Under the pieces are notes generated by a model that saw nothing but the letters and a program-made list of their open reading frames with translations, had not been told where the DNA came from and ran no database searches. From Candidatus Bathyarchaeia archaeon (GTDB lineage Archaea > Thermoproteota > Bathyarchaeia > Bathyarchaeales > Bathycorpusculaceae): 41,310 nucleotides of DNA. Location of the stretch: assembly GCA_046706605.1 (NCBI GenBank), contig JBJKPJ010000359.1, positions 1-41,310 on the forward strand, read 5' to 3'. Both the position numbers and the translations under genes were made by a program. This document shows, one piece after another, positions 27,492 through 36,515 of this stretch; the stretch's first letter is position 1, and every line of letters begins with the position of its first letter.

Positions 27492-28403
27492 ATGCATCTG
27501 ATTAACTTCAAGGAACTCTCAGGCAAAAACTTAGCCGCCATGGTGGATTTAGCCATCGAAACCAAAACCAACCCCAAAAAATACCAAAAAACCTTCGAAG
27601 GCAAATCTGCTGCGCTTATTTTCCAGAAAACCAGCACCCGCACCCGTGTCTCCTTTGAAGTTGCCATGACCCAACTGGGCGGACATGCTCTCTACATTGA
27701 TTGGCGAACCACCAACTTCGCTTTAGCTGACATCTCAGATGAGTTGCAATATTTGTCACGCAACGTGGATTGCATAATGGCACGGGTACTCTACAACAGC
27801 GACCTACAAAAAATGGCGGCTGCATCTCAAGTGCCAGTCATTAACGGTTGCGATGACATGTACCACCCAAGCCAAGCCCTTGCAGACTTAATCACCATAA
27901 AGGAGAAACATGGTAAACTTGGAGGCACAAAACTGGTCTACATCGGCGTCCACAATAATGTCACCAACTCCCTGATTGAAAGCTGCACCAAAACAGGCAT
28001 AAAGATCACAACCGTCACTCCCATCATAAACCAAGCCGCCAAAGATGAAATGCTGCTTTCGGAAGCCAAAAAGACGGGATTTTGGCAGCAGACCTTGGAT
28101 GTAAAAGCGGCGGTGGCGGACGCGGACTTTGTTTACACCGACACATGGATTGATATGGAGTTTTTCACTGACCCCAAATTCGCCGAGGAAAAAGAGAAAC
28201 GCACCAATTTGATGATGCCTTACCAAATCAACCAAGAACTCCTCGAGGACAGCAACGCGTATGTCATGCATGACATGCCTATTCACCGTGGCTACGAAAT
28301 CAGCGCAGAAGCCATCACAAGCCCAAGATCAGTCATTTACCAGCAGGCAGAAAACCGATTATACTCGGCAAAGGCCATTTTCCTCAAATTAATGGGCGCT
28401 TGA
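27492..28403 (+). CDS. argF: Ornithine carbamoyltransferase-family enzyme (atypical acceptor motifs)
   Basis: FQKTSTRTRVSFE, HPSQALAD, QAENR; HDMP in place of HCLP. Confidence 0.8.
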   Translation: MHLINFKELSGKNLAAMVDLAIETKTNPKKYQKTFEGKSAALIFQKTSTRTRVSFEVAMTQLGGHALYIDWRTTNFALADISDELQYLSRNVDCIMARVLYNSDLQKMAAASQVPVINGCDDMYHPSQALADLITIKEKHGKLGGTKLVYIGVHNNVTNSLIESCTKTGIKITTVTPIINQAAKDEMLLSEAKKTGFWQQTLDVKAAVADADFVYTDTWIDMEFFTDPKFAEEKEKRTNLMMPYQINQELLEDSNAYVMHDMPIHRGYEISAEAITSPRSVIYQQAENRLYSAKAIFLKLMGA

Positions 28404-28898
28404 GCCTTTTTTGTTTGGCACCCACCGAACCGTCTTCCATTGAGCCCTGCCAACCTTTTTGATGGGCGTCTCTCCTCGGTAGCCACAAGAATAGCATTTT
28501 CCATCATGCACTGAAACCACATCGCCACAGCTGGGGCAACTGTATTTGGCTTGCTGACTTTTAAGTAAACCATCTATGCCTCCAACTTGGATTTCTTTGA
28601 GGTTCTCTATCATACTCATGTTGTAGCGGGCGCGGTAGTGCTCATCAAGATGGCTAAGCCGCGGACAGGGCATATCAGGACATTGGGCACACGATATCAG
28701 TCGGGTACCGACTTTTCTGGGACAATCCCTCTTGATGAAAGCACAGTTTTTACCTCGAATTCGGCAGCCTCGGCAGTGGGATACTTTGCCTTTCTCTTTG
28801 AGGACACCACGTGAATAAGCAAGGTAGGTTTTGCAGATGCCACAGTTCATGCCACATGGCGCAATCAGGTCTGCTGTGAATTTGATTTGAGACACCAA
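28389..28898 (-). CDS. Cys-rich DUF3795-like metal/Fe-S protein with C-terminal Zn ribbon
   Basis: IAPCGMNCGIC, CRGCR, CAQCPDMPC, CPSCG...CYSCG. Confidence 0.8.
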   Translation of the reverse strand: MVSQIKFTADLIAPCGMNCGICKTYLAYSRGVLKEKGKVSHCRGCRIRGKNCAFIKRDCPRKVGTRLISCAQCPDMPCPRLSHLDEHYRARYNMSMIENLKEIQVGGIDGLLKSQQAKYSCPSCGDVVSVHDGKCYSCGYRGETPIKKVGRAQWKTVRWVPNKKGSSAH

Positions 28899-28999
28899 AG
28901 AAGAATTGCAAATGCGCCTCTTAAGTGGTTTATGCTCAATGGGTAAATTGAAAATTTTGGTTGGTGTAAGCGGTTTATTTCTCTGCAGGTAAAGGCAAT

Positions 29000-30145
29000 T
29001 TATAATTCTGTTCCATTCCAGAAAATCTCTTTGGTATAATGGACACCGCTGGACTGTAAACTGTCTTGGTAAACTATATCAAGATTTGGTCCATATTGTG
29101 TTAGCAAACTCGTTACGTTGCCCCATATGCTAGCTGAAAGGCTGTCTGAGGGCCATAGACCCCAAATAGTGTCAGTTGGTCCTCGAAAACCAAACCCATA
29201 ACCCGCAGGAAGCACATAGGCCACTCGGTTTTGAGCGGAGTTTTGTGGCTGTGGATTTGTATGCATGTAATTCCAGAATTGCTTCATTGCACTGAGCTGG
29301 TCGGGTTGCAGAATGTTTTGGGTATAGTTTAGGTTACTGTCAAAGACTAGGATGAATTTGGCGCCGTTTTGATAAGCATAGACCATGTCATCGTATAGTT
29401 GAGTTGCATTCTCTAGATAAGGCGCCTGGTTGTATGTGTCGGTTATCATTACCCCCCAGTCCTTGTCGTTCACAGCGGCTGCTCCGCGGCAAAGGGCGAG
29501 TTGAAGAGGCTTACTCAAATTATAAGCGAATTCTGCTAAAACCACATTGTAGCCTCCTTTGTAATCAAATTGGTAGAGTGCATAGTCAGACGTCATCATT
29601 GGAATGCCATCAAATCTGAAAACAGCCAAGTCCTGATTGAGGGTGGCCGCAAACTTGTTGGCAGCATCAGTGTAGTTGTCTGCTTGTTGCACAAGCATCA
29701 AAGAAATGTTCCCGTTCTCGACTGAAGAGCGGGCGCGGTCTATTTGCGCACCTCCAGCTTCATCATAGGGAAACAAACCCCAGAAACGGTTTCCCCAAGT
29801 TTGCCTCGCCGCAATTACCCATTGAGTCTGGTTAAAGGCTTCAGGATTTATGTGCCAGAAAGGCGCAAAGGACAGCCCACTGTAATTGATGTACTGACAA
29901 ACCTCGTTGAGCTCGGTCATGTTGTAGGTTATTACGTTACTGCCTATAACTACGAAATTAGTATAGCTGCTAACTTGGCTTACAAGGTCTTCAAAGCTTC
30001 CCACATCTGAGAATGCGATGTCAATGCCGAAATAAACATTTGGGGAGTATTTTATTGATTGATTCACGATGTGGATGCCCGCCACTACCCCAACCAGCAA
30101 TACGACAAGCAAAAAGATTAGAACATACAGGTGTAATCTTTTCAT
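29000..30145 (-). CDS. Membrane-anchored or secreted hypothetical protein
   Basis: N-terminal hydrophobic helix and an N/Y/Q-rich extracellular-type body with several N-x-S/T sequons; 381-aa open frame. Confidence 0.75.
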   Translation of the reverse strand: MKRLHLYVLIFLLVVLLVGVVAGIHIVNQSIKYSPNVYFGIDIAFSDVGSFEDLVSQVSSYTNFVVIGSNVITYNMTELNEVCQYINYSGLSFAPFWHINPEAFNQTQWVIAARQTWGNRFWGLFPYDEAGGAQIDRARSSVENGNISLMLVQQADNYTDAANKFAATLNQDLAVFRFDGIPMMTSDYALYQFDYKGGYNVVLAEFAYNLSKPLQLALCRGAAAVNDKDWGVMITDTYNQAPYLENATQLYDDMVYAYQNGAKFILVFDSNLNYTQNILQPDQLSAMKQFWNYMHTNPQPQNSAQNRVAYVLPAGYGFGFRGPTDTIWGLWPSDSLSASIWGNVTSLLTQYGPNLDIVYQDSLQSSGVHYTKEIFWNGTEL

Positions 30146-30396
30146 TCACATCACAATTCATTAAGAAAACAATTTTGACTACCTATCTTTAGAGCACTCA
30201 GTTATCCTTAAAATATTTTGTTTTGAAGCACATACGTAAAAAAATAAATAGCTCTGCTTCAAGTCCACGATCTCTTAAGGCTAAAAAAACGCAAATATTA
30301 TGTGCGATACTAATTAGAACATAATCATCACAAGAACTACCAACATAATTCTTAATTAGCCCCTTCGATTAATGGGTTGGCTGAGGTAATTTAAAA

Positions 30397-31458
30397 ATGG
30401 TGAAGATGGATTTCGGCGGCGTCAAAGAAGACGTCGTCACCAGAGAAGAATTCACGTTGGCAAAAGCCCAAAATATCCTAAAAGACGAAGTTGTCGTCTC
30501 ACTTGGCTACGGAATACAAGGCCAAGCCCAATCCCTAAACATGCGTGACCAAGGAATAAAAGTAATCATCGGACAAGAAAAAGAAGGAGTATTCAAAAAA
30601 GAATGGGACAAAGCAGTCGCCGACGGCTGGGTTCCAGGCAAAAACCTGTTCCCACTTGAGGAAGCAGCCAAAATGGGCACCATCAAACTGTTCCTTCTCA
30701 CCGACGCAGGACAAAAAGCGGTATGGCCAAAAGTCAAAACCACCCTCAAAGCTGGCGATGCCCTTTACTTTAGCCACGGTTTTAGCATCGTCTACAAAGA
30801 ACAAACAGGCGTGATCCCACCAAAAGACATAGACGTCATCCTAGTAGCACCCAAAGGCAGCGGCACATCCGTGCGCAGAAACTTTGTCGACGGCAGCGGG
30901 ATCAACTGCAGTTTTGCCGTGTTCCAAAACGCCACAGGCAAAGCAGAAGAACGCGCCAAAGCCTTAGGCATTGCCATCGGCGGAGGCTACCTGTTTCCAA
31001 CAACCTTTGAAAAAGAAGTCTACAGCGACCTAACAGGCGAACGCGGCACATTGATGGGCGCACTTGAAGGCATCCTTGAAGCACAATACAACACCCTACG
31101 CAGCCATGGTCATAGCCCAAGCGAAGCATTCAACGAAACCGTCGAAGAACTCACGCAGAGCCTAATCCGCTTAGTCGATGAGAACGGCATGGATTGGATG
31201 TACTGCAACTGCAGCGAAACCGCCCGAATCGGCGCACTACGATGGAAAGAACGCTTCCGCAGCGCAACCCAACCCGTGTTTGACAGCCTCTACGACTTGG
31301 TTGCAGCAGGCGAAGAAACCCGCATCGTCTTGGAAAAGAGCAAGGCACCTGACTACCGCCAGAAACTCGCTGACGAACTCAAACAGATGGGCAGCAGCGA
31401 AATGTGGCGTGCAGGCGAAACCGTCCGCAGTCTGCGTCCCAAAAAACCAAAACAGTAA
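30397..31458 (+). CDS. ilvC: Ketol-acid reductoisomerase
   Basis: GYGIQG, FSHGF, VAPKGSG, SDLTGERGTLMG, EAFNETVEE; GAGGT SD upstream. Confidence 0.96.
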   Translation: MVKMDFGGVKEDVVTREEFTLAKAQNILKDEVVVSLGYGIQGQAQSLNMRDQGIKVIIGQEKEGVFKKEWDKAVADGWVPGKNLFPLEEAAKMGTIKLFLLTDAGQKAVWPKVKTTLKAGDALYFSHGFSIVYKEQTGVIPPKDIDVILVAPKGSGTSVRRNFVDGSGINCSFAVFQNATGKAEERAKALGIAIGGGYLFPTTFEKEVYSDLTGERGTLMGALEGILEAQYNTLRSHGHSPSEAFNETVEELTQSLIRLVDENGMDWMYCNCSETARIGALRWKERFRSATQPVFDSLYDLVAAGEETRIVLEKSKAPDYRQKLADELKQMGSSEMWRAGETVRSLRPKKPKQ

Positions 31459-31464
31459 AACCCA

Positions 31465-31485
31465 CTTTTCTTTCTTTTTAATTTA
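31465..31485 (+). terminator. U-rich archaeal terminator after ilvC
   Basis: CTTTTCTTTCTTTTTAATTT immediately after the stop. Confidence 0.5.
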
Positions 31486-31584
31486 ATTTCCTCACAATAG
31501 TATGTGGGTTGTTGCAGAGTTTATTATGAAACAAATTTTTCTAGATTAAGTTAAAATAATAGTGCCTATAAAATCAGCACCCTG

Positions 31585-32817
31585 GTGACGAACATGATAG
31601 TTAGCAAAGGCAACTTTACCCAAGACACTCTGAAAGACCAAACCGCCATCGTAACAGGTGCAGGACGAGGGATCGGTTATGAAGCAGCTAGAGCGCTGGT
31701 TTGGCTTGGCACAAACGTAGTTATCGCTGAAATAGACGAGAAAAACGGCAAAAACGCCGAGGAACACATAAACAGGGAGTTTGGCGCAGGAAAAGCCTTC
31801 TTTGTCAAAACTGACATAGGCAACGAAAAAAACATTGACACACTCGCAGAGGCTAGTTTTGAAAAGTTTGGCAAAGTGGATATCGTTTTAAACAACGCTA
31901 CTGTTTTCCCGATGGGCGCAATAAAAGACGCCGCAGTCCACGCTTGGGATTTTAGTTACCAAGTGAACTTACGCGGACCAGTACTTTTGGCAAAAAAATT
32001 TGTTCCCAAGATGATTGAACAAAAACACGGCACCTTTGTCTGCGTTTCCTCTTCAGGCGCAGCGCCATTTATGGGACCTTACGAGGTTTTCAAAACCGCC
32101 CAAGTCGAGTTCGCCAACACGCTTGCTGCTGAGTTGGAAGGAACAGGAGTTTACGCTTTCACTATTGGTCCGGGCATATCAAAAACTCCTGGATTTTCTG
32201 AAGGGGGAGCCAAAGTTGCGGAACTTATGGGTATGAGTTTAGACCAACTGTTTGAACTAAACAGAAACGCGCAGATTTCCCCTGAATCAGCAGGTGCAGG
32301 CTTCGCGTTAGCAATTGCGCTCGCTAAAAAATATCATGGACAAGAAACCAGCTCAATCCAAGTACTAAGAGAAGCAAACATCCCTATAGATGGACAAGAT
32401 CGATCACAGGCACCAACCCAACCTACAAAGCAAACCCAAGCAACCAGCACACAGAAGGATACAAGGGGAAAAGCTGAGCTCTATCAAGCTGTCCTTAAAA
32501 CCTATCTTGAGCAGTCAGAAGGCTGGAAAAAACGTAACCTGTTTGAGCGGCAGTGGGTTTCGAGGGATTTTAAGAAAAATACAGGCATGTCCATCGATGA
32601 GATGCAAACTACCATGAAAACGCTGGAAAATAACTTGTCTTCTGCTTCCATAGCGGATTTCGTTGAGCCGTTAAAACAGTTAGCCGCCTACTACGCCCAC
32701 CAGCAGGACCAGCTTCGGAGCTTTGAGAAAAACTCACAAAAACTCCAAGAAAACCTCAAAACCATCGACGCGTGGATAGCTGACGCAAGAGCACTTCTGC
32801 AAGCACTTGGCACTTAA
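31585..32817 (+). CDS. SDR-family oxidoreductase with extra C-terminal domain
   Basis: TGAGRGIG, NNA, YEVFK (YxxxK); Q/T/P-rich linker followed by a helical tail. Confidence 0.88.
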   Translation: MTNMIVSKGNFTQDTLKDQTAIVTGAGRGIGYEAARALVWLGTNVVIAEIDEKNGKNAEEHINREFGAGKAFFVKTDIGNEKNIDTLAEASFEKFGKVDIVLNNATVFPMGAIKDAAVHAWDFSYQVNLRGPVLLAKKFVPKMIEQKHGTFVCVSSSGAAPFMGPYEVFKTAQVEFANTLAAELEGTGVYAFTIGPGISKTPGFSEGGAKVAELMGMSLDQLFELNRNAQISPESAGAGFALAIALAKKYHGQETSSIQVLREANIPIDGQDRSQAPTQPTKQTQATSTQKDTRGKAELYQAVLKTYLEQSEGWKKRNLFERQWVSRDFKKNTGMSIDEMQTTMKTLENNLSSASIADFVEPLKQLAAYYAHQQDQLRSFEKNSQKLQENLKTIDAWIADARALLQALGT

Positions 32818-33851
32818 CCAACTATCTTCTCCAATATTTCTCGGTAGGTTATCAGCGCGCTTTTTTCGTCAGTTACACCTTTTATGAGCATGCGTCCGCC
32901 GTTAAAAAGACTGACCTCATAGCCTTTGTAGTCAAACATTAGCGCCAACCGCGATTTCAAACGTAACTTGAATTGATGGGTGACTGTTGGGTACAATTGG
33001 TCGAGGTTGAGTTTTATGGGTTTTTCGGGGTTGATGTTGGCGGTGTCTTTGCCGCAGAGCCAAACCAGTCGTTCTCCACCTGCAATTGAGGTGACTTCGC
33101 TGTGGCAAACAGGGCAGCGGGTGCTTTTGGAGATGTCAATTGTGGTAAAGTCCATGTCACTAAGGTCGCAGACTAGCAGCTTGCCCTTCAGGGTGGAGCC
33201 CATGCCGGTGAGAAGTTTGATTGTCTCCATTGCCTGCAAAGAGCCAATGACTCCTGTTGTTGCGCCCAAAACGCCGCGGGTGTTGCAGGTCTGCATATCA
33301 TCATCAGAAAGATTAGGCAATAAACACTCCAAACAGCCAGTGTCGGGCGGTGCAAACACGGATAGGTTGCCTTCTATGCCTATGGCAGCTCCAAATACAT
33401 ATGGGGTTTTGGTTTTTACGCAGATGCGGTTTACAAGGTAACGGGTAACCATGTTGTCTAAGCCATCCACAACGCAATCCACACCTGTCAGCAACCGCTC
33501 AACGTTGGAGGCGTTTACGTTTTCTGGGATTGCTTCAACTGTTACGGTGGGGTTGAGGGTTTGGAGGCGTTGGACGGCGATTTCAGTTTTGGGGTAGCGC
33601 AAGTCGCCTGGGTTGTAGAGGATTTGGCGGTGCAAGTTGTGGATTTCCACAGTGTCTTGGTCGATTAAACGGATGTAACCGACTCCGGCCAAGGTGAGGT
33701 AAAGGGAGGAAACCGTGCCAAGGCCACCTGCGCCCACGATGGCGATTTTGGATTTTGCCAGTTTCTGCTGTCCAGCTTCGCCTAACTCTTTAAGGATGGT
33801 TTGGCGGCTGTAAAACGTCTTAACAAACGTCTGCTTTTCTGCTTCATTCAC
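32814..33851 (-). CDS. ThiF/MoeB/UbaA-family E1-like adenylyltransferase
   Basis: YSRQ, GAGGLG, NLHRQ, DGLDN, CLEC, TC, CPVC, plus a C-terminal extension. Confidence 0.92.
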   Translation of the reverse strand: MNEAEKQTFVKTFYSRQTILKELGEAGQQKLAKSKIAIVGAGGLGTVSSLYLTLAGVGYIRLIDQDTVEIHNLHRQILYNPGDLRYPKTEIAVQRLQTLNPTVTVEAIPENVNASNVERLLTGVDCVVDGLDNMVTRYLVNRICVKTKTPYVFGAAIGIEGNLSVFAPPDTGCLECLLPNLSDDDMQTCNTRGVLGATTGVIGSLQAMETIKLLTGMGSTLKGKLLVCDLSDMDFTTIDISKSTRCPVCHSEVTSIAGGERLVWLCGKDTANINPEKPIKLNLDQLYPTVTHQFKLRLKSRLALMFDYKGYEVSLFNGGRMLIKGVTDEKSALITYREILEKIVG

Positions 33852-33873
33852 CGTGCATTCATCTCTTTGGTTG

Positions 33874-35568
33874 TTAATTCATGCTATATTTGCCTTTATT
33901 GTGAAACTGCCTTTCATATATTTCTCTAACCTGCCCAATTGTGCTGGCATCGGCGGGATTTTTGTCGTCGCGTATTTTGGTGATTCTGGCAAACCGCAGT
34001 GCCATGCCGCTTTTGTATTTGGGGCTTTGCTGAATTTCGTTGTAAGCAACTTCCACCACGATTTGGGGAACCACAACTATGCGGTGGCCTTGTTGGTTAA
34101 CTGCGGATTTTTTGAGTTGCCTTGTGAGCTGGATGATTTCGTTGTCGGTTAAGCCTTTGAAGGTCTTGCCGATATTGCGAAAAGACCCTGTTTGCGGGTC
34201 CAGTGCACCCAAGTAATAGTCCGATAGCCACCCTTTTCTTCTGCCATACCCATACTCAGCAGCTGTAATTACAAGGTCTAAAGGCTCAAGGATGGGCTTG
34301 ATTTTCAGCCATCGCTTCCCTCGGCGCCCAGGCGTGTAGGGGCCGTCAAGTTTTTTCGCCATCAAACCTTCGTGCCCCGCAACAAGGGCAGCTTTCAGGA
34401 AAGCTTGAGCGGCTTGAGGCTGGTCAGTTACTAACTGTTCTGTTAAAGAGATCTTGTTGGCAGTTTGGGTAAGGATTTGTCTCCGCTGAGTATAGGGTTT
34501 ATTGATTAGGCTTTTACCGTTTAGGTAAAGGATATCGAATACAAAGAGAGTTAACGGGATTTTTTCTGCCATTCCGCCTATGTCGCGGGTTCGTTTGAAT
34601 CTTCGCATCAAATGTTGAAAAGCAATAGGGTAACCTGCACTGTCAAGCGAGACCACTTCGCCTTCAAAAATCGCAGATTCCGTCTTCACGTTGGCTTTCA
34701 CCGTTCCCACGATTTCAGGCATGCTTGCTGTAACATCAGTGAGTCTACGGCTGAAAATCTGCACTTGGTCGCCTTGCTTGTGGACTTGTACCCTTGCCCC
34801 ATCATATTTGTATTCAAAAGCGGTTTCGCCTCCCTGCATGTCTAGGGCTTCTTGGATGTTTTGTGCAGTTTGCGCCAGCATAAGCTGCACGGGACGAAAA
34901 ACCCTAAAACCCACCCTCTCCAACCCATCTGCACCTTGCTCTTTTAGAGTTTCTGCCACTTCCCCAATGTCGCCTAAAACCATGGCAGCATATTGCACCT
35001 TTGACAACGAAATATCAAACGCAAAAGCAATGGCCTGCTCCATCAAACCCTCGCTAAGTCCAATGCGCATTTCGCCAGTGAAGATTTTAATCAGGTACTT
35101 GGCTTCGGTAGGCGTGGCTTGGTTGAGGAGAGCGGTAATTAACCGTTCTTTTTTGATTCTTGACCCTGCGCCTTGGGCTTGGGCAATGGCGTCGAAGGCT
35201 TGACAAACGTCGGTTATGGTTAGAGATCTTTGGGTCAGTTGGGTTTGTTTTGTGGCTTTCGAGTTTTCCAAAACGGTTTTGGCAGCTGAACCAATATCGC
35301 CCGTTTTTGCCATGGCTTGGCGGAACAGATCCCACTCGAAGACGCTTACCCGCTCAAAGATGGCGCTAAGAGTAGACCAGCTAACGTCAAGTATTTTTTG
35401 GCTGTATTTTGGGAAAGCGCGTCCAACCATCATGTCTACTGCGGCTTTGATTTCTTTGCTGCCGAGTGTTTTTAGGTAGGCTGCGGTGTGGTCGATGATT
35501 TGGAGACGTTTCTTTGTGGTTTCCACTTTTTCCAGAACCTCGGAGAGGGATTGAAACAGCGCAGACAT
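33874..35568 (-). CDS. lig: ATP-dependent DNA ligase
   Basis: Motif I EYKYDGAR, FEGE, VFD, EGLMAK, WLKIK, ALRFAR...IRDDK. Confidence 0.96.
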   Translation of the reverse strand: MSALFQSLSEVLEKVETTKKRLQIIDHTAAYLKTLGSKEIKAAVDMMVGRAFPKYSQKILDVSWSTLSAIFERVSVFEWDLFRQAMAKTGDIGSAAKTVLENSKATKQTQLTQRSLTITDVCQAFDAIAQAQGAGSRIKKERLITALLNQATPTEAKYLIKIFTGEMRIGLSEGLMEQAIAFAFDISLSKVQYAAMVLGDIGEVAETLKEQGADGLERVGFRVFRPVQLMLAQTAQNIQEALDMQGGETAFEYKYDGARVQVHKQGDQVQIFSRRLTDVTASMPEIVGTVKANVKTESAIFEGEVVSLDSAGYPIAFQHLMRRFKRTRDIGGMAEKIPLTLFVFDILYLNGKSLINKPYTQRRQILTQTANKISLTEQLVTDQPQAAQAFLKAALVAGHEGLMAKKLDGPYTPGRRGKRWLKIKPILEPLDLVITAAEYGYGRRKGWLSDYYLGALDPQTGSFRNIGKTFKGLTDNEIIQLTRQLKKSAVNQQGHRIVVVPQIVVEVAYNEIQQSPKYKSGMALRFARITKIRDDKNPADASTIGQVREIYERQFHNKGKYSMN

Positions 35569-35630
35569 ATTAGTCCCAAAATCTCTAACTAAATTAGAGA
35601 CGTTTGAAGCTATAATTGCTTGCTCTAAAC

Positions 35631-35721
35631 AGTTTCACTTTCACTGACCCCCCTGCTGTGGCGAAACGTTGTATGAACAGTGGTTTAAATAGGCAAAAAA
35701 GCCAACTGGAGGTCAGTGAAA
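35631..35721. promoter_or_regulatory. Promoter region with an inverted repeat enclosing a TATA box
   Basis: TTTCACTGACC (35639-49) and GGTCAGTGAAA (35711-21); TTTAAATA at 35684-91. Confidence 0.5.
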
Positions 35722-35726
35722 CAAAA

Positions 35727-36500
35727 TTGCATCAAAAACTATTGCTCAAGATGGAACGGGCACAAACAGCATCAACAACAAAGTTAGCCTTTAACATACC
35801 AGACGTAGATGAGCTTTTTCCAGGTTTCAAAGCAGGCGACTTCGCCATGATTTATGGACCGCAACTGGTTACGTCGTTAGTAGCTCAACTCTGTATCCGT
35901 GCACAATTGCCCCATGAAATTGGGGGGTTAGCAAGCAAAGTTGTATTCATTGACGCAACAAACAGCTCCTCACTGCCAAACATCACCGAAGCAGCAGAAG
36001 GCTACGGATTAAATCCCCAAACAGCACTCGGAAAAGTCATCAATATGCGAGCATACACTGCTTACCGCTTAACTACTCTAATCATGGAAAAATTAGAGGA
36101 AGCCGTTGAGGAATCAGATGCAAAACTAGTCGTTGTCTCAGATATGGCTGTGTCATTTCTGAATGGCAACGTGGATGACCAAGAAGCAAAAGCAGTCTAC
36201 AACCAAATCACAAGCTATTTGGCAAGTTTCGCAAAAAAACACAAAATCATTGTCATCGCCACGCACCTTTCGCATGAAAGTAGCAGAAGAAACAGTACCA
36301 TACAGGAAATAACAAACGCAAGAGCAAACACAGTGCTTCGATTTACAAAAACACCTTACACCAGTGATGTAGAGTTAGAAAAGCACTCAACATACATGTT
36401 GGGCGTTGCCGAGTTTACGCTCAGAACCAAGCCATTAGCTGACTTTGCAGTAATAACTAGTGAAGTTCCCACTTTATCTTATAGCGTTTTACAAAAATAA
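35727..36500 (+). CDS. RadA/Rad51-fold protein with degenerate Walker A
   Basis: LAFNIPDVDELFPGF, CIRAQLPHEIGGLASKVVFID, RAYTAY, LVVVSD. The P-loop position reads YGPQLVTS with no GKT. Start uncertain: TTG 35727 or ATG 35751. Confidence 0.8.
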   Translation: MHQKLLLKMERAQTASTTKLAFNIPDVDELFPGFKAGDFAMIYGPQLVTSLVAQLCIRAQLPHEIGGLASKVVFIDATNSSSLPNITEAAEGYGLNPQTALGKVINMRAYTAYRLTTLIMEKLEEAVEESDAKLVVVSDMAVSFLNGNVDDQEAKAVYNQITSYLASFAKKHKIIVIATHLSHESSRRNSTIQEITNARANTVLRFTKTPYTSDVELEKHSTYMLGVAEFTLRTKPLADFAVITSEVPTLSYSVLQK

Positions 36501-36515
36501 AGGAAAATCAAGGAT

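Noticed and set aside
35616-35726. N-terminal extension of the RadA-like ORF from TTG 35616
   Set aside because: The stretch contains the likely TATA box and inverted repeat; RadA similarity starts only after about 35750.
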